A stretch of 64,000 bases of DNA from the NCBI GenBank assembly GCA_937927945.1, contig CALEYW010000092.1:25469-89468 (forward strand). The letters run 5' to 3'. The notes beneath the pieces were generated by a model. It did not search any database. It saw nothing but the letters and a program-made list of their open reading frames with translations, and was not told the origin of the DNA. Shown here in pieces: positions 26,384 through 37,051 of the stretch; position 1 is the first letter of the stretch, and each line of letters begins with the position of its first letter. The position numbers were made by a program, and so were the translations under genes. Source of the DNA: an uncultured candidate division WPS-2 bacterium. GTDB taxonomy: Bacteria > Vulcanimicrobiota > Vulcanimicrobiia > Vulcanimicrobiales > Vulcanimicrobiaceae.

Positions 26384-27622
26384 CTGAACAAGATCAAGGT
26401 CCTCAATCCGGTCGTCGAACTCGACGGCGACGAGATGACGCGCATCATCTGGCACTTCATCAAAGAGAAGCTCATCCTGCCGTACCTCGAGATCGACCTC
26501 AAGTACTACGATTTGGGGATCGAGCATCGCGACGCGACCGACGACCAGGTCACGCTCGACGCGGCGCGTGCGATCAAGGAGTACGGCGTCGGCGTCAAGT
26601 GCGCGACGATCACGCCGGATGAAGCGCGGGTCGAGGAGTTCCACCTCAAGTCGATGTGGCGTTCACCCAACGGCACGATCCGCAACGAGCTGGACGGCAC
26701 GGTGTTCCGCGAGCCGATCATCTGCAAGAACGTCCCGCGCCTGGTGCCCGGCTGGACGAAGCCGATCGTGATCGGCCGCCACGCGTTCGGCGATCAGTAC
26801 CGTGCGACGGATTTCGTCGTCCCCGGGCCCGGGACGCTGACGGTGAAGTTCACGCCGAAGAACGGCGGGACGCCGATCGAACGGACGGTGTTCGAGTTCC
26901 CGGGCGGCGGCGTCGCGCTCTCGATGTACAACCTCGACGAGTCGATCCGCGGCTTCGCCCGCGCCTCGATGAACTACGGGCTGTTGCGCGGCTGGCCGGT
27001 CTATCTCTCGACCAAGAACACGATCCTCAAAGCCTATGACGGCCGCTTCAAGGACCTCTTCCAGCAGGTGTTCGACGAGGAGTTCAAGACCGAGTTCGAC
27101 GCGCGCGGCTTGACCTACGAACATCGCTTGATCGACGACATGGTCGCCGCCGCGATGAAGTGGTCGGGCGCGTTCGTGTGGGCGTGCAAGAACTACGACG
27201 GCGACGTGCAGTCCGATACCGTCGCGCAGGGTTTCGGTTCGCTCGGCCTGATGACGTCGGTGCTGATGACGCCCGACGGGAAGACGATCGAAGCCGAGGC
27301 GGCGCACGGCACGGTCACCCGTCATTATCGCGAGTACCAGAAGGGCCGCGAGACGTCGACGAATCCGATCGCTTCCATCTTCGCCTGGACGCGCGGGCTC
27401 GCGCATCGCGGCAAAGTCGATGGTACGCCGGACGTGACGCGCTTCGCCGAGACGCTGGAGCAGGTGTGTGTCGAGACCGTCGAGGCCGGGAAGATGACGA
27501 AGGACCTGGCGATCCTCATCGGTCCCGATCAGCCCTGGCTGACCACGACGCAGTTCCTGGACGCGCTCGACGCGGAGCTGCGGCGGCGCATGGAATCCGC
27601 GCCGGCGCCGGCCGTCGTCTAA
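26384..27622 (+). CDS. icd: NADP-dependent isocitrate dehydrogenase (eukaryote-like homodimeric type)
   Basis: '[16 protein letters not shown]', '[10 protein letters not shown]', '[10 protein letters not shown]', 'YDGRFKDLF' and 'NYDGDVQSD' are present. The conserved N-terminus extends 17 codons upstream of the first ATG, to CTG at 26384 behind an AGGAG (see finding). Confidence 0.9.
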   Translation: MNKIKVLNPVVELDGDEMTRIIWHFIKEKLILPYLEIDLKYYDLGIEHRDATDDQVTLDAARAIKEYGVGVKCATITPDEARVEEFHLKSMWRSPNGTIRNELDGTVFREPIICKNVPRLVPGWTKPIVIGRHAFGDQYRATDFVVPGPGTLTVKFTPKNGGTPIERTVFEFPGGGVALSMYNLDESIRGFARASMNYGLLRGWPVYLSTKNTILKAYDGRFKDLFQQVFDEEFKTEFDARGLTYEHRLIDDMVAAAMKWSGAFVWACKNYDGDVQSDTVAQGFGSLGLMTSVLMTPDGKTIEAEAAHGTVTRHYREYQKGRETSTNPIASIFAWTRGLAHRGKVDGTPDVTRFAETLEQVCVETVEAGKMTKDLAILIGPDQPWLTTTQFLDALDAELRRRMESAPAPAVV

Positions 27623-27637
27623 CCCCGAGGAGACGCG

Positions 27638-28882
<1,245 letters not shown>

Positions 28883-29525
28883 CTCCAGCAGTACGCGCAG
28901 CGCGTCGTCGGCGCGATCCGCCGGCACGAAGAGATGATCGTGGTGGAACGCCGCGACGATGTTGGCGGGGATGCCGGCGTCGGCCAACGCGCGCGACACG
29001 GCGGCCGTGAACCCGACCGCCGTGAGACTCGAATGGACGGCGAGCGTGATCGCGCGGAACGGCCCGGCGCCGCGCAGCCCCGCGCGCTCCGCGTCGAACG
29101 CGCGGAACGATCGCCGTGGTCCCCTCGTCCTCGGTGAACGTCCCGAGCGCGACGCCGGCGGGAAGTTCGCCGGGCGAGCGCAGCACGCAGAAGAAGAACT
29201 CGCCGTCGCGGAGTTCCGGACACATCCCGGCGACCAGAGCCCGGGGATCGGTCTCGCCGTCCACGTCAGCCGCGTACTGGTGCGTCGGCGCCGGCGAACC
29301 CCGCCTGTGCGAGCGCATCCAGGACGCCGCGACCCCGGCGAGGAGCCCGAGAAGGCGGCCGGCTGAAATGCCCGGCCCGGCAGTCGTCAACGCTCATCGA
29401 CGCAGAGGATTCGCGTCGCCGCCGACCAGGCCCTCAGCCGGCTCCGTGAAAGCGCTCGGCGGCCTTCTCCAGGAGCCCCGGTGTATGGAAGGAATCTCCA
29501 CCGCCGCGGTCAATTCCCGAGCTTC

Positions 29526-29548
29526 TGGTATACCGGATACCAAATACC
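29526..29548. promoter_or_regulatory. Candidate FadR/GntR-type operator upstream of the regulator gene
   Basis: The AT-rich motif TGGTATACCGGATACCAAATACC contains the inverted repeat TGGTAT-N5-ATACCA and three ATACC heptad repeats. A near-identical motif recurs at 36888-36906. Confidence 0.45.
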
Positions 29549-29568
29549 CCGTGCGATCGAGGCCTGCG

Positions 29569-30252
29569 ATGTCGGCGTTGGAATTAGTGGCAATTCGGTC
29601 GGACACCAGCATCTCGGTGCGGGTGTACGAAACAATTCGCGCCGCGATAACGGGAACGAATCTCTACGAAATCGACCATGCCGAACTGCGCCTCGACGAG
29701 CGCGAGCTGGCCGGCCGGCTCGGCGTGAGCCGCACGCCGATCCGCGAGGCATTGGTCCGGCTGGAGCACGAGGGCCTGGTGACGAACATTCCCCGCCGGG
29801 GATACTTCATCTCGCGCAAGAGCAAAGCGGAGCTGCTCGAGATCATCGTTGTCTGGGCCGCGCTGGAGAGCATGGCCGCGCGCCTGGTCGCCCAGTCGGC
29901 GGACGCCGGCGCGATCGCCTCGCTGCGCGAGATCTTTGCGACGTTCGACGGCGAGCGCATCGCCGCTCAGCTCGACGAATACTCGGAAGCGAACCTTCGC
30001 TTCCACCAGCGCATCATCGAGCTTGCGGGCTGCGACACGCTACGCCGCACCGCTGAAGGCATCCTGGTCCACGTGCGTTCGATCCGCCACCGCACGATCG
30101 GTGAGGATCATCGCTTCGAACGCTCCATCGTCGACCACATGCAGATCATCGAAGCCCTCGAAATGCGCGAGGTCGAGCTCGCGGAGCGGCTCGTGCGCGA
30201 CCACGCGCTGGCGCTCGCCGCGCACGTCGACGCGAACGACGACGATCTCTGA
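29569..30252 (+). CDS. GntR-family transcriptional regulator, FadR/FCD subfamily
   Basis: The wHTH 'LDERELAGRLGVSRTPIREALVRLEHEGLV' is followed by a helical FCD-type C-terminal domain ('FHQRIIELAG'). I chose the internal ATG at 29569. Confidence 0.85.
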   Translation: MSALELVAIRSDTSISVRVYETIRAAITGTNLYEIDHAELRLDERELAGRLGVSRTPIREALVRLEHEGLVTNIPRRGYFISRKSKAELLEIIVVWAALESMAARLVAQSADAGAIASLREIFATFDGERIAAQLDEYSEANLRFHQRIIELAGCDTLRRTAEGILVHVRSIRHRTIGEDHRFERSIVDHMQIIEALEMREVELAERLVRDHALALAAHVDANDDDL

Positions 30253-30308
30253 CCCGCGACACACGCCCATACCGCATCGAACCGTACCGAAGGAACAAGG
30301 GGAGCCCG

Positions 30309-32030
30309 ATGGCCCAAACTGCACCGATCGCTAAAGATCTTCCGAAACTCGACGCCGACCAGCCGGCACAAACGGTCTCCGGAGGCCACCTCGTCGCGAA
30401 GGCCCTCAAGAACGAGGGGATCGACGTGATCTTCACCCTCTGCGGCGGCCACATCATCGACATCTACGACGGCTGCCAAGACGAAGGCATCAAGATCATC
30501 GATGTCCGCCACGAGCAGGTCGCCGCGCACGCGGCCGACGGGTACGCCCGCGTCACGGGCAAGCCCGGCTGCGCCGTGGTGACCGCGGGGCCCGGGACGA
30601 CCAACGCCGTGACCGGCGTCGCGAACGCCTTCCGCGCCGAGAGTCCGTTCCTGTTGATCGGCGGCCAAGGCGCGCTCAACCAGAACAAGATGGGTTCGCT
30701 CCAAGATCTTCCGCACGTCGAAATCATGCGGCCGATTACGAAGTTCGCCTCGAGCGTCGTCACGACGGAACGCGTCGCCGACATGTGCGCCATGGCTTTC
30801 CGTGAGTCGCACAACGGAGCGTTCGGTCCGTCGTATCTCGAGATCGGCCGCGACATCCTCGACGGGACCGTGCCGCTCAAGAACGCCGTGATCCCGACGC
30901 CCGGACACTATCGCGCGTCGACGAAGTCGGTCGGCGATCCGAACTCGATACAGAGGCTCGCCGACATCCTCTCGAAGGCGGAACGTCCGGCGATTCTCTT
31001 CGGCCAGCAGACCTGGACCTGCCGCGCCGGCGCGCAGGCGCGCGAGCTCGCGCGCACCTACAACATCCCGGCCTACATGAACGGTGCCGGCCGCGGCACG
31101 TTCGTCCCGGGCGACCCGCAGGGTTTCCAGCTGACCCGCGGCTACGCGTTCGGCAAAGCCGACGTGATCGTCATCGTCGGAACGCCGTTCGACTTCCGCA
31201 TGAGCTACGGGAAGCGCCTCAAGGCACCCACCGTCGTGCAGATCGACATGGGGTACGGCACCGTCGGTAAGAACCGCGACATCACGCTGGGGCTCGTCGG
31301 CGATATCGGCGCGATCCTCGGCGCGGTGCTGCAAGCGGCGCCGAGCAGCCTCAAGGAGAGCGCGAAGGGTCGAGGGGGCTGGATCGACGAGCTCCGCGCC
31401 GAGGAGAAGTCGCTGAGCGAAGCGCGCCTGCCGAAAATCAAGAACGACTCGATCCCGATCCACCCGCTGCGCCTCGGTTACGAGATCAACGAGTTCCTCA
31501 CCGAGAACACGCGCTTCATCGGCGACGGCGGCGACATCGTCACCGCGGCCGGCGGCATCGTGCAGCCAAAGGGCGAGGGCCTGTGGATGGACCCCGGTCC
31601 GCTCGGCACGCTCGGCGTCGGCGTCTCGTTCGCGATGGCCTCGAAGTTCGCCGAGCCCCAGAAAGAAGTGCTCTGCCTCTTCGGCGACGGCACGTTCGGC
31701 ATGACGGGCTGGGACATGCAGACGGCGATGCGCTTCAACCTGCCCTTCATCGGCATCATCGGCAACAACTCGTACATGAACCAGATCCGCGCCGGTCAGA
31801 TCATGAAGTACGGCAAGGAAAAGGGCGACGTGGGCAACTACCTCGGCGACGTCGACTTCGAGAAGTTCGCGCAGATGCTCGGCGGATACGGCGAAGCGGT
31901 CCGCGACCCCAAGCAGATCCGTCCCGCGCTCGAGCGGGCCCGCGAATCGGGCAAGTGCGCGCTGATCAACGTTTGGATCGATCCGAACGAGTTCGCGCCC
32001 GGCACGATGAACCAGACAATGTACAAGTAG
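30309..32030 (+). CDS. oxc: Thiamine-diphosphate-dependent enzyme, probable oxalyl-CoA decarboxylase
   Basis: All three TPP enzyme domains are present ('[21 protein letters not shown]', '[14 protein letters not shown]', 'GDGGDIVT...[13 protein letters not shown]...NN'). The oxc assignment comes from context (8 nt upstream of frc). The sequence alone cannot exclude an acetolactate-synthase-like or 2-hydroxyacyl-CoA lyase. Confidence 0.65.
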   Translation: MAQTAPIAKDLPKLDADQPAQTVSGGHLVAKALKNEGIDVIFTLCGGHIIDIYDGCQDEGIKIIDVRHEQVAAHAADGYARVTGKPGCAVVTAGPGTTNAVTGVANAFRAESPFLLIGGQGALNQNKMGSLQDLPHVEIMRPITKFASSVVTTERVADMCAMAFRESHNGAFGPSYLEIGRDILDGTVPLKNAVIPTPGHYRASTKSVGDPNSIQRLADILSKAERPAILFGQQTWTCRAGAQARELARTYNIPAYMNGAGRGTFVPGDPQGFQLTRGYAFGKADVIVIVGTPFDFRMSYGKRLKAPTVVQIDMGYGTVGKNRDITLGLVGDIGAILGAVLQAAPSSLKESAKGRGGWIDELRAEEKSLSEARLPKIKNDSIPIHPLRLGYEINEFLTENTRFIGDGGDIVTAAGGIVQPKGEGLWMDPGPLGTLGVGVSFAMASKFAEPQKEVLCLFGDGTFGMTGWDMQTAMRFNLPFIGIIGNNSYMNQIRAGQIMKYGKEKGDVGNYLGDVDFEKFAQMLGGYGEAVRDPKQIRPALERARESGKCALINVWIDPNEFAPGTMNQTMYK

Positions 32031-32038
32031 GCCCATCG

Positions 32039-33313
32039 ATGAGTACGAACGGCGTTTCGCCCAAGGGGGCATCGGAGGGATCGACGCGCAAGGCGCTCGA
32101 CGGGGTCAAGGTGCTGGACATGACGCACGTCCAGGCCGGCCCGTCGTGCACCCAGATCCTCGCGTGGCTCGGAGCCGACGTCATCAAGGTTGAACTGCCC
32201 GGTCGCGGCGACATCACGCGCGGTCAGCTGCGCGACCTTCCGGGCGTCGACAGCCTCTACTTCACGATGCTGAACTGCAACAAGCGCAGCATCACGCTCA
32301 ACACGAAGACCGCCGACGGGAAGGCGATCTTCGAGAAGCTGATCCAGCACTGCGACGTGCTGGTCGAGAACTTCGGTCCGGGCGTGCTCGACCGCCAGGG
32401 CTTCACCTGGGAGCGCATCCGCGAGATCAATCCGCGCATCTCATACGCGTCGATAAAGGGCTTCGGCCCCGGCGTGTACGAGGACTTCAAAGCCTACGAA
32501 ACCGTCGCGCAAGCGATGGGCGGATCGATGAGCACGACCGGGTTCCCGGACGGGCCGCCCACCAGCACCGGTTCGCAGATCGGCGACTCCGGCAGCGGCA
32601 TCCACATGGTGGCGGGCATCCTTGCGGCGCTCTTCCAGCGCACGCATACCGGCCGCGGCCAGCGCGTCACCGTCGCGATGCAGGACGCGGTCCTCAACCT
32701 GTGCCGGGTGAAGATGCGCGACCAACAGCGGCTTGCGCACGGCCCGCTGAACGAGTATCCGAACGAGGAATTCGGCGACTTCGTCCCGCGTTCGGGGAAC
32801 GCGTCGGGCGGCGGACAGCCCGGGGCCGCGCTGCGCTGCGCGCCCGGCGGTCCGAACGACTACGTCTACGTCATCATCCAGCCGCCGGTCTGGGCGGGGC
32901 TGGCAAAAATGGTCGGTCGGCCGGAGCTGGTCGAAGATCCCGGCTACGCCACACCCGAGGCGCGACTCGAGCATCTCGACGAGGTCTTCGGCGTCGTCGA
33001 GGCGTGGACGCAGGCCCATACCAAACACCAGGTGCTCGAGAAGCTCAACTCGATCGACGTTCCCTGCGGACCGATTCTGAGCACCAAAGATCTGATCGAA
33101 GACGAGTCGTTGCGCGCGCGCGGGATGATCGCAGACGTGGAACACCCCAAGCGCGGGACGTTCACGACTGTCGGCTGTCCGATCGTCCTCTCGGACACGC
33201 CCGTCAAGATCGTCGCGTCGCCGCTGCTCGGCGAACACAACGAAGAAATCCTCAAAGAGATCGGCTGGGACGGTAAGGATGCACGCGAGCTCCAAGCCGC
33301 CGGCGTACTGTAG
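32039..33313 (+). CDS. frc: Formyl-CoA:oxalate CoA-transferase
   Basis: There is colinear resemblance over the whole length to Oxalobacter Frc / E. coli YfdW. Matching blocks are '[20 protein letters not shown]', '[17 protein letters not shown]', '[19 protein letters not shown]', '[28 protein letters not shown]', 'GGGQPG' and '[16 protein letters not shown]'. Confidence 0.9.
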   Translation: MSTNGVSPKGASEGSTRKALDGVKVLDMTHVQAGPSCTQILAWLGADVIKVELPGRGDITRGQLRDLPGVDSLYFTMLNCNKRSITLNTKTADGKAIFEKLIQHCDVLVENFGPGVLDRQGFTWERIREINPRISYASIKGFGPGVYEDFKAYETVAQAMGGSMSTTGFPDGPPTSTGSQIGDSGSGIHMVAGILAALFQRTHTGRGQRVTVAMQDAVLNLCRVKMRDQQRLAHGPLNEYPNEEFGDFVPRSGNASGGGQPGAALRCAPGGPNDYVYVIIQPPVWAGLAKMVGRPELVEDPGYATPEARLEHLDEVFGVVEAWTQAHTKHQVLEKLNSIDVPCGPILSTKDLIEDESLRARGMIADVEHPKRGTFTTVGCPIVLSDTPVKIVASPLLGEHNEEILKEIGWDGKDARELQAAGVL

Positions 33314-33323
33314 GAGACCATAG

Positions 33324-35471
33324 ATGCTGCTCGACCGTCAAACTCGCGACAAGGCTGCCGTTCGCGCAGTCCTCGACCGCGTCAAAGCCGATAACCGCAG
33401 CGCGCTGAGCGCGCCGGAAGCAAAAGAAGTCGCCGATGCGTACGGCTTGCCCGTACCGCAAGAGGGCCTGGCGACCTCGGCCGACGAGGCGGCAAAGCTC
33501 GCCGAAAAGCTCGGCTTCCCTGTCGTTTTGAAGATTGTCTCACCCGACATCCTGCACAAGACTGAAGCGGGCGGCGTCCTCGTCGGCGTCGACAACGCGC
33601 AGGCGGTTCGCACTGGGTACGACAGGATCGTCGCCAACGCGAAGAAGTATCAGGCCGACGCCAAGATCAGCGGCGTCCAGGTGCAGCAGATGCTGCCGAC
33701 GGGCGCTCAGGAAGTGATCGTCGGCGCAGTCACCGATCCGAGCTTCGGCAAGCTCGTCGCGTTCGGTCTCGGCGGCGTGCTCGTCGAAGTGCTCAAGGAC
33801 ATCACGTTCCGGCTTGCGCCGGCGACGCGCGAAGACGCGCTCTCGATGCTCGATGGCATTCAAGCCGCGGAGATGCTCAAGGGCGTGCGCGGCTCCGAGC
33901 CGGTCGATCGCGATGCGCTCGCCGACATTATCGAAGGCGTCTCGCAGCTGATCACCGACTTCCCGGAGATCAGCGAAGTCGACTTGAACCCCGTCTTCGC
34001 GACGCCGAAGGGTGCGACCGCTGTCGACGTCCGCATCCTGGTCGACTTCAACCCGCCCGAGCCGCGTTACCGTCCGAGCCAAGACGAGATCGTGCGCGCG
34101 ATGAATCGTATCATGCGGCCCGATGCGGTCGCCGTGATCGGCGCTTCGAGCGAAGACGGCAAGATCGGCAACTCGGTGATGAAGAACCTCATCAACGGGG
34201 GCTACAAGGGTCAGATCTATCCGATCAACCCGAAGGCCGACGAAATACTCGGCTACAAGGCGTACGCCTCGGTCAAAGACATACCGGGCGACGTCGACGT
34301 CGCGGTGTTCGCGATCCCGGCGAAGTTCGTCGCGGCCGCGCTGATCGAGTGCGGCGAGAAGAAGATCCCGGGCGCCGTCCTTATTCCCTCGGGCTTCGCG
34401 GAGACGGGCAACGAGGAAGGGCAGCTCGAGATTCAGCAGATCGGGCGCAAGTACAACGTTCGGTTGATGGGGCCGAACATCTACGGCTTCTACTACACGC
34501 CCAAGGATCTGTGCGCGACCTTCTGCACACCGTACGACGTCAAAGGCTCGGTCGCGTTGTCGTCTCAATCCGGCGGCGTCGGCATGGCGATTATCGGCTT
34601 CAGCCGCTCGGCGAAGATGGGCGTCTCAGCGATCGTTGGCCTGGGCAACAAAGCCGACATCGACGAAGACGACCTCCTGACGTTTTTCGAGCAGGACGAT
34701 GCCACAAAAGCCGTCGCGATGCACATGGAGGATCTCAAGGACGGCCGGTCCTTCGCAGAAGTCGCCAAGCGGGTGTCGAAGAAGAAGCCGGTCATCGTGC
34801 TCAAAGCCGGTCGCACGGCACTCGGCGCGCGCGCCGCGAGCTCGCACACGGGCGCGCTCGCGGGGAACGACAAGGTGTACGACGACGTGCTCCGCCAGAG
34901 CGGCGTGATCCGCGCGCGCGGCCTCAACGAACTGCTGCAGTTCGCGCGCGCGGTGCCGATCCTGCCGACGCCCAAGGGCGAGAACGTCGTCATCATCACC
35001 GGCGCCGGCGGCTCGGGCGTTCTGCTCTCCGACTCGGTCGTCGACGCGGGGCTCTCGCTGATGAAGTTCGAGCCCGACCTCGACGAAGCGTTCAAGAAGT
35101 TCATCCCGCCCTTCGGCGCGTCCGGAAATCCGGTCGACATCACCGGCGGCGAGCCGCCGAAGACGTACCAGAATACGATTCGTCTGGGGCTCGAGGACGA
35201 CCGCATCCACGCGCTCATCCTGGGTTACTGGCACACGATCGTCACCCCACCGATGGTCTTCGCGCGACTCTGCGTCGAAGTCGTCGAAGAGTTCCGCGCC
35301 AAAGGGATCGATAAGCCCGTCGTGGCGTCACTCGCCGGCGACGTCGAAGTCGAAGAGGCGAGCGAATATCTCTACGACCACGGCATCCCGGCGTATCCGT
35401 ACAATACGGAGACGATGGTCGCGGCGCTCGGCGCCAAGTATCGTTGGGCCCGCGCGGCGGGACTTCTCTAG
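33324..35471 (+). CDS. ADP-forming acyl-CoA synthetase (acetate--CoA ligase family, fused beta-alpha order)
   Basis: The N-terminal ATP-grasp half ('GFPVVLKIVSPDILHKTEAGGVLVGV') is followed by the CoA-binding/ligase half ('VAVIGASSEDGKIGNSVMKNL', 'IYPINPK') with the phospho-His loop 'ASSHTGALAGND'. AGGAG precedes the ATG. Confidence 0.8.
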   Translation: MLLDRQTRDKAAVRAVLDRVKADNRSALSAPEAKEVADAYGLPVPQEGLATSADEAAKLAEKLGFPVVLKIVSPDILHKTEAGGVLVGVDNAQAVRTGYDRIVANAKKYQADAKISGVQVQQMLPTGAQEVIVGAVTDPSFGKLVAFGLGGVLVEVLKDITFRLAPATREDALSMLDGIQAAEMLKGVRGSEPVDRDALADIIEGVSQLITDFPEISEVDLNPVFATPKGATAVDVRILVDFNPPEPRYRPSQDEIVRAMNRIMRPDAVAVIGASSEDGKIGNSVMKNLINGGYKGQIYPINPKADEILGYKAYASVKDIPGDVDVAVFAIPAKFVAAALIECGEKKIPGAVLIPSGFAETGNEEGQLEIQQIGRKYNVRLMGPNIYGFYYTPKDLCATFCTPYDVKGSVALSSQSGGVGMAIIGFSRSAKMGVSAIVGLGNKADIDEDDLLTFFEQDDATKAVAMHMEDLKDGRSFAEVAKRVSKKKPVIVLKAGRTALGARAASSHTGALAGNDKVYDDVLRQSGVIRARGLNELLQFARAVPILPTPKGENVVIITGAGGSGVLLSDSVVDAGLSLMKFEPDLDEAFKKFIPPFGASGNPVDITGGEPPKTYQNTIRLGLEDDRIHALILGYWHTIVTPPMVFARLCVEVVEEFRAKGIDKPVVASLAGDVEVEEASEYLYDHGIPAYPYNTETMVAALGAKYRWARAAGLL

Positions 35472-35488
35472 TCAAAGACCGCGGCGCG

Positions 35489-35533
35489 AACGAAAGAGGC
35501 CGGTCTCCCGATGGGAGACCGGCCTCTTTCGTT
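35489..35533. terminator. Strong bidirectional hairpin terminator
   Basis: A perfect ~21-bp stem (AACGAAAGAGGCCGGTCTCCC / GGGAGACCGGCCTCTTTCGTT) with a 3-nt loop lies between the convergent stops at 35471 and 35561. Confidence 0.7.
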
Positions 35534-35560
35534 ACGCCGACTCGCGTGCGTGAAAGCGGC

Positions 35561-36841
35561 TTAGACCGGGCCGACGGCCACTCCGCCGGGCAACCCGCCG
35601 AGCTGATTCTCGGCCGCGACCGCGCGCTCGCGCATCGGCTTGAGGACCGCAACCGCCAGCGCCGCGACGAGGATGTTGAAGGCCACCAGGACGGCGAGGA
35701 CCGTTGCGTACGATCCCGTGCTGGCGTAGACCCACACGGCGATCGGCACGACGAACGATGCCGTACCCTTGGCGGTGTAGAGCAGTCCGGAGTTCGTGGT
35801 CGCGAACTTCGGACCGAAGATGTCGGTGCACGCGGCGGGAAACAGGCTGTAGATCTCGCCCGACGCCAAGAACGTCAACGCGGCGCAGACCATGAACATG
35901 ACCGGATTGTGCGCCGCGAAGATCAAACCGAACAGGCCGACCGCTTCGCACGAGAAGGCGATGGCCATCGTGACCTCGCGCCCGACTCGGTCCGACATCG
36001 CCCCGAAGAGGATGCGGCTGCCGCCGTTCGCCAGGTTGTCGACCAGCAGCGTCAGGGAAAGGATCGCCGCGACCCCGTAGTCCTTCGCCATCGGAGCGAC
36101 CTGCGCGGTTATGAACAGCAGGCCCGCGGCGATCATGACCATCATGACGTAGAGCAGCCAAAAAGCCGGCGACGCGAGCATCTGGGCAGGCGAATAGCTG
36201 TTCTTTCGCATACGCGTCGCCGCCAGATTGTCGGCAGGGACGGCCGGGACTTCCTCCGGACGCGGAAATGCGAGGAAGAAGGCGATGATGAAAACGATGA
36301 TCCCTTGGACGATCGCAAACGTCTGAAACGCCGAAGCGTAACCCGACGCCTTGATCATGTTCGCGATCGGGATGACCGTGAGCGCCGCGCCTGCGCCGAA
36401 ACCCGCGGCCGTGAGGCCGACCGCCAGGCCGCGCCGATCCGGGAACCACTTGACCGCGATGCCGACCATGGTGCCGTACACCAGCCCGGCTCCCAAACCG
36501 CTTATGATCTCACCGAGAACGAGCGTGCCGATCGTCGCGGCGTGCGCGTCGATCACCCAGCCGACGGCGATCAGGATTCCAGCGAGAGCAACCATCGGCT
36601 TGGGACCGAACCGATCGGCGAACCAGCCGTTGAACGGCACGACCCAGGTCTGCGCGAGCACGAACGCTGCGAAAGCCGACTGAATCGCGGCTTTCTTCCA
36701 GCCGTTGGCAGCCGCGAGCGGGTTGACGAAAAGGGTCCAACCATATTGCAGGTTGGCGATGCAGATCATGGCCACGATGGCCAGAGCGAGAATGAGCCAC
36801 CGGTTACGCGCGCCGCTCGGAGCGCTCGAAGTTGATACCAA
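35561..36841 (-). CDS. oxlT: MFS transporter, oxalate/formate antiporter (OFA) family
   Basis: A 12-TM MFS with the OFA-type N-terminus 'NRWLILALAIVAMICIANLQYGWTLF'. I prefer TTG at 36841, preceded by GGGAGG at 5 nt. The alternative ATG at 36889 lies inside the palindromic operator. Confidence 0.8.
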   Translation of the reverse strand: MVSTSSAPSGARNRWLILALAIVAMICIANLQYGWTLFVNPLAAANGWKKAAIQSAFAAFVLAQTWVVPFNGWFADRFGPKPMVALAGILIAVGWVIDAHAATIGTLVLGEIISGLGAGLVYGTMVGIAVKWFPDRRGLAVGLTAAGFGAGAALTVIPIANMIKASGYASAFQTFAIVQGIIVFIIAFFLAFPRPEEVPAVPADNLAATRMRKNSYSPAQMLASPAFWLLYVMMVMIAAGLLFITAQVAPMAKDYGVAAILSLTLLVDNLANGGSRILFGAMSDRVGREVTMAIAFSCEAVGLFGLIFAAHNPVMFMVCAALTFLASGEIYSLFPAACTDIFGPKFATTNSGLLYTAKGTASFVVPIAVWVYASTGSYATVLAVLVAFNILVAALAVAVLKPMRERAVAAENQLGGLPGGVAVGPV

Positions 36842-36887
36842 GCTAGCCTCCCTCTGGATGAAGGGGATATCTTTCGCGCCATTCGCC

Positions 36888-36906
36888 ATTTGGTATACCA
36901 AATACC
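36888..36906. promoter_or_regulatory. Candidate FadR/GntR-type operator upstream of the antiporter gene
   Basis: The perfect 16-bp palindrome ATTTGGTATACCAAAT (36888-36903) extends to ...ATACC. It shares GGTATACC and ACCAAATACC with the site at 29526-29548. A TTGTCA -35-like hexamer lies upstream on the gene strand. Confidence 0.45.
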
Positions 36907-37051
36907 TGGCCTCGAGGTGTGACAAACGTCGCGCTGCAATCGGCCCTGCCCGACCTTCGTCGGACCGGGCCCCCGCACGGCTACGCGTGGGTCAAGGCAA
37001 GTCCGACCGCCGGAACAGCGCCGCTCCGGCCTGCCGGGGGCCGCGCTACGT

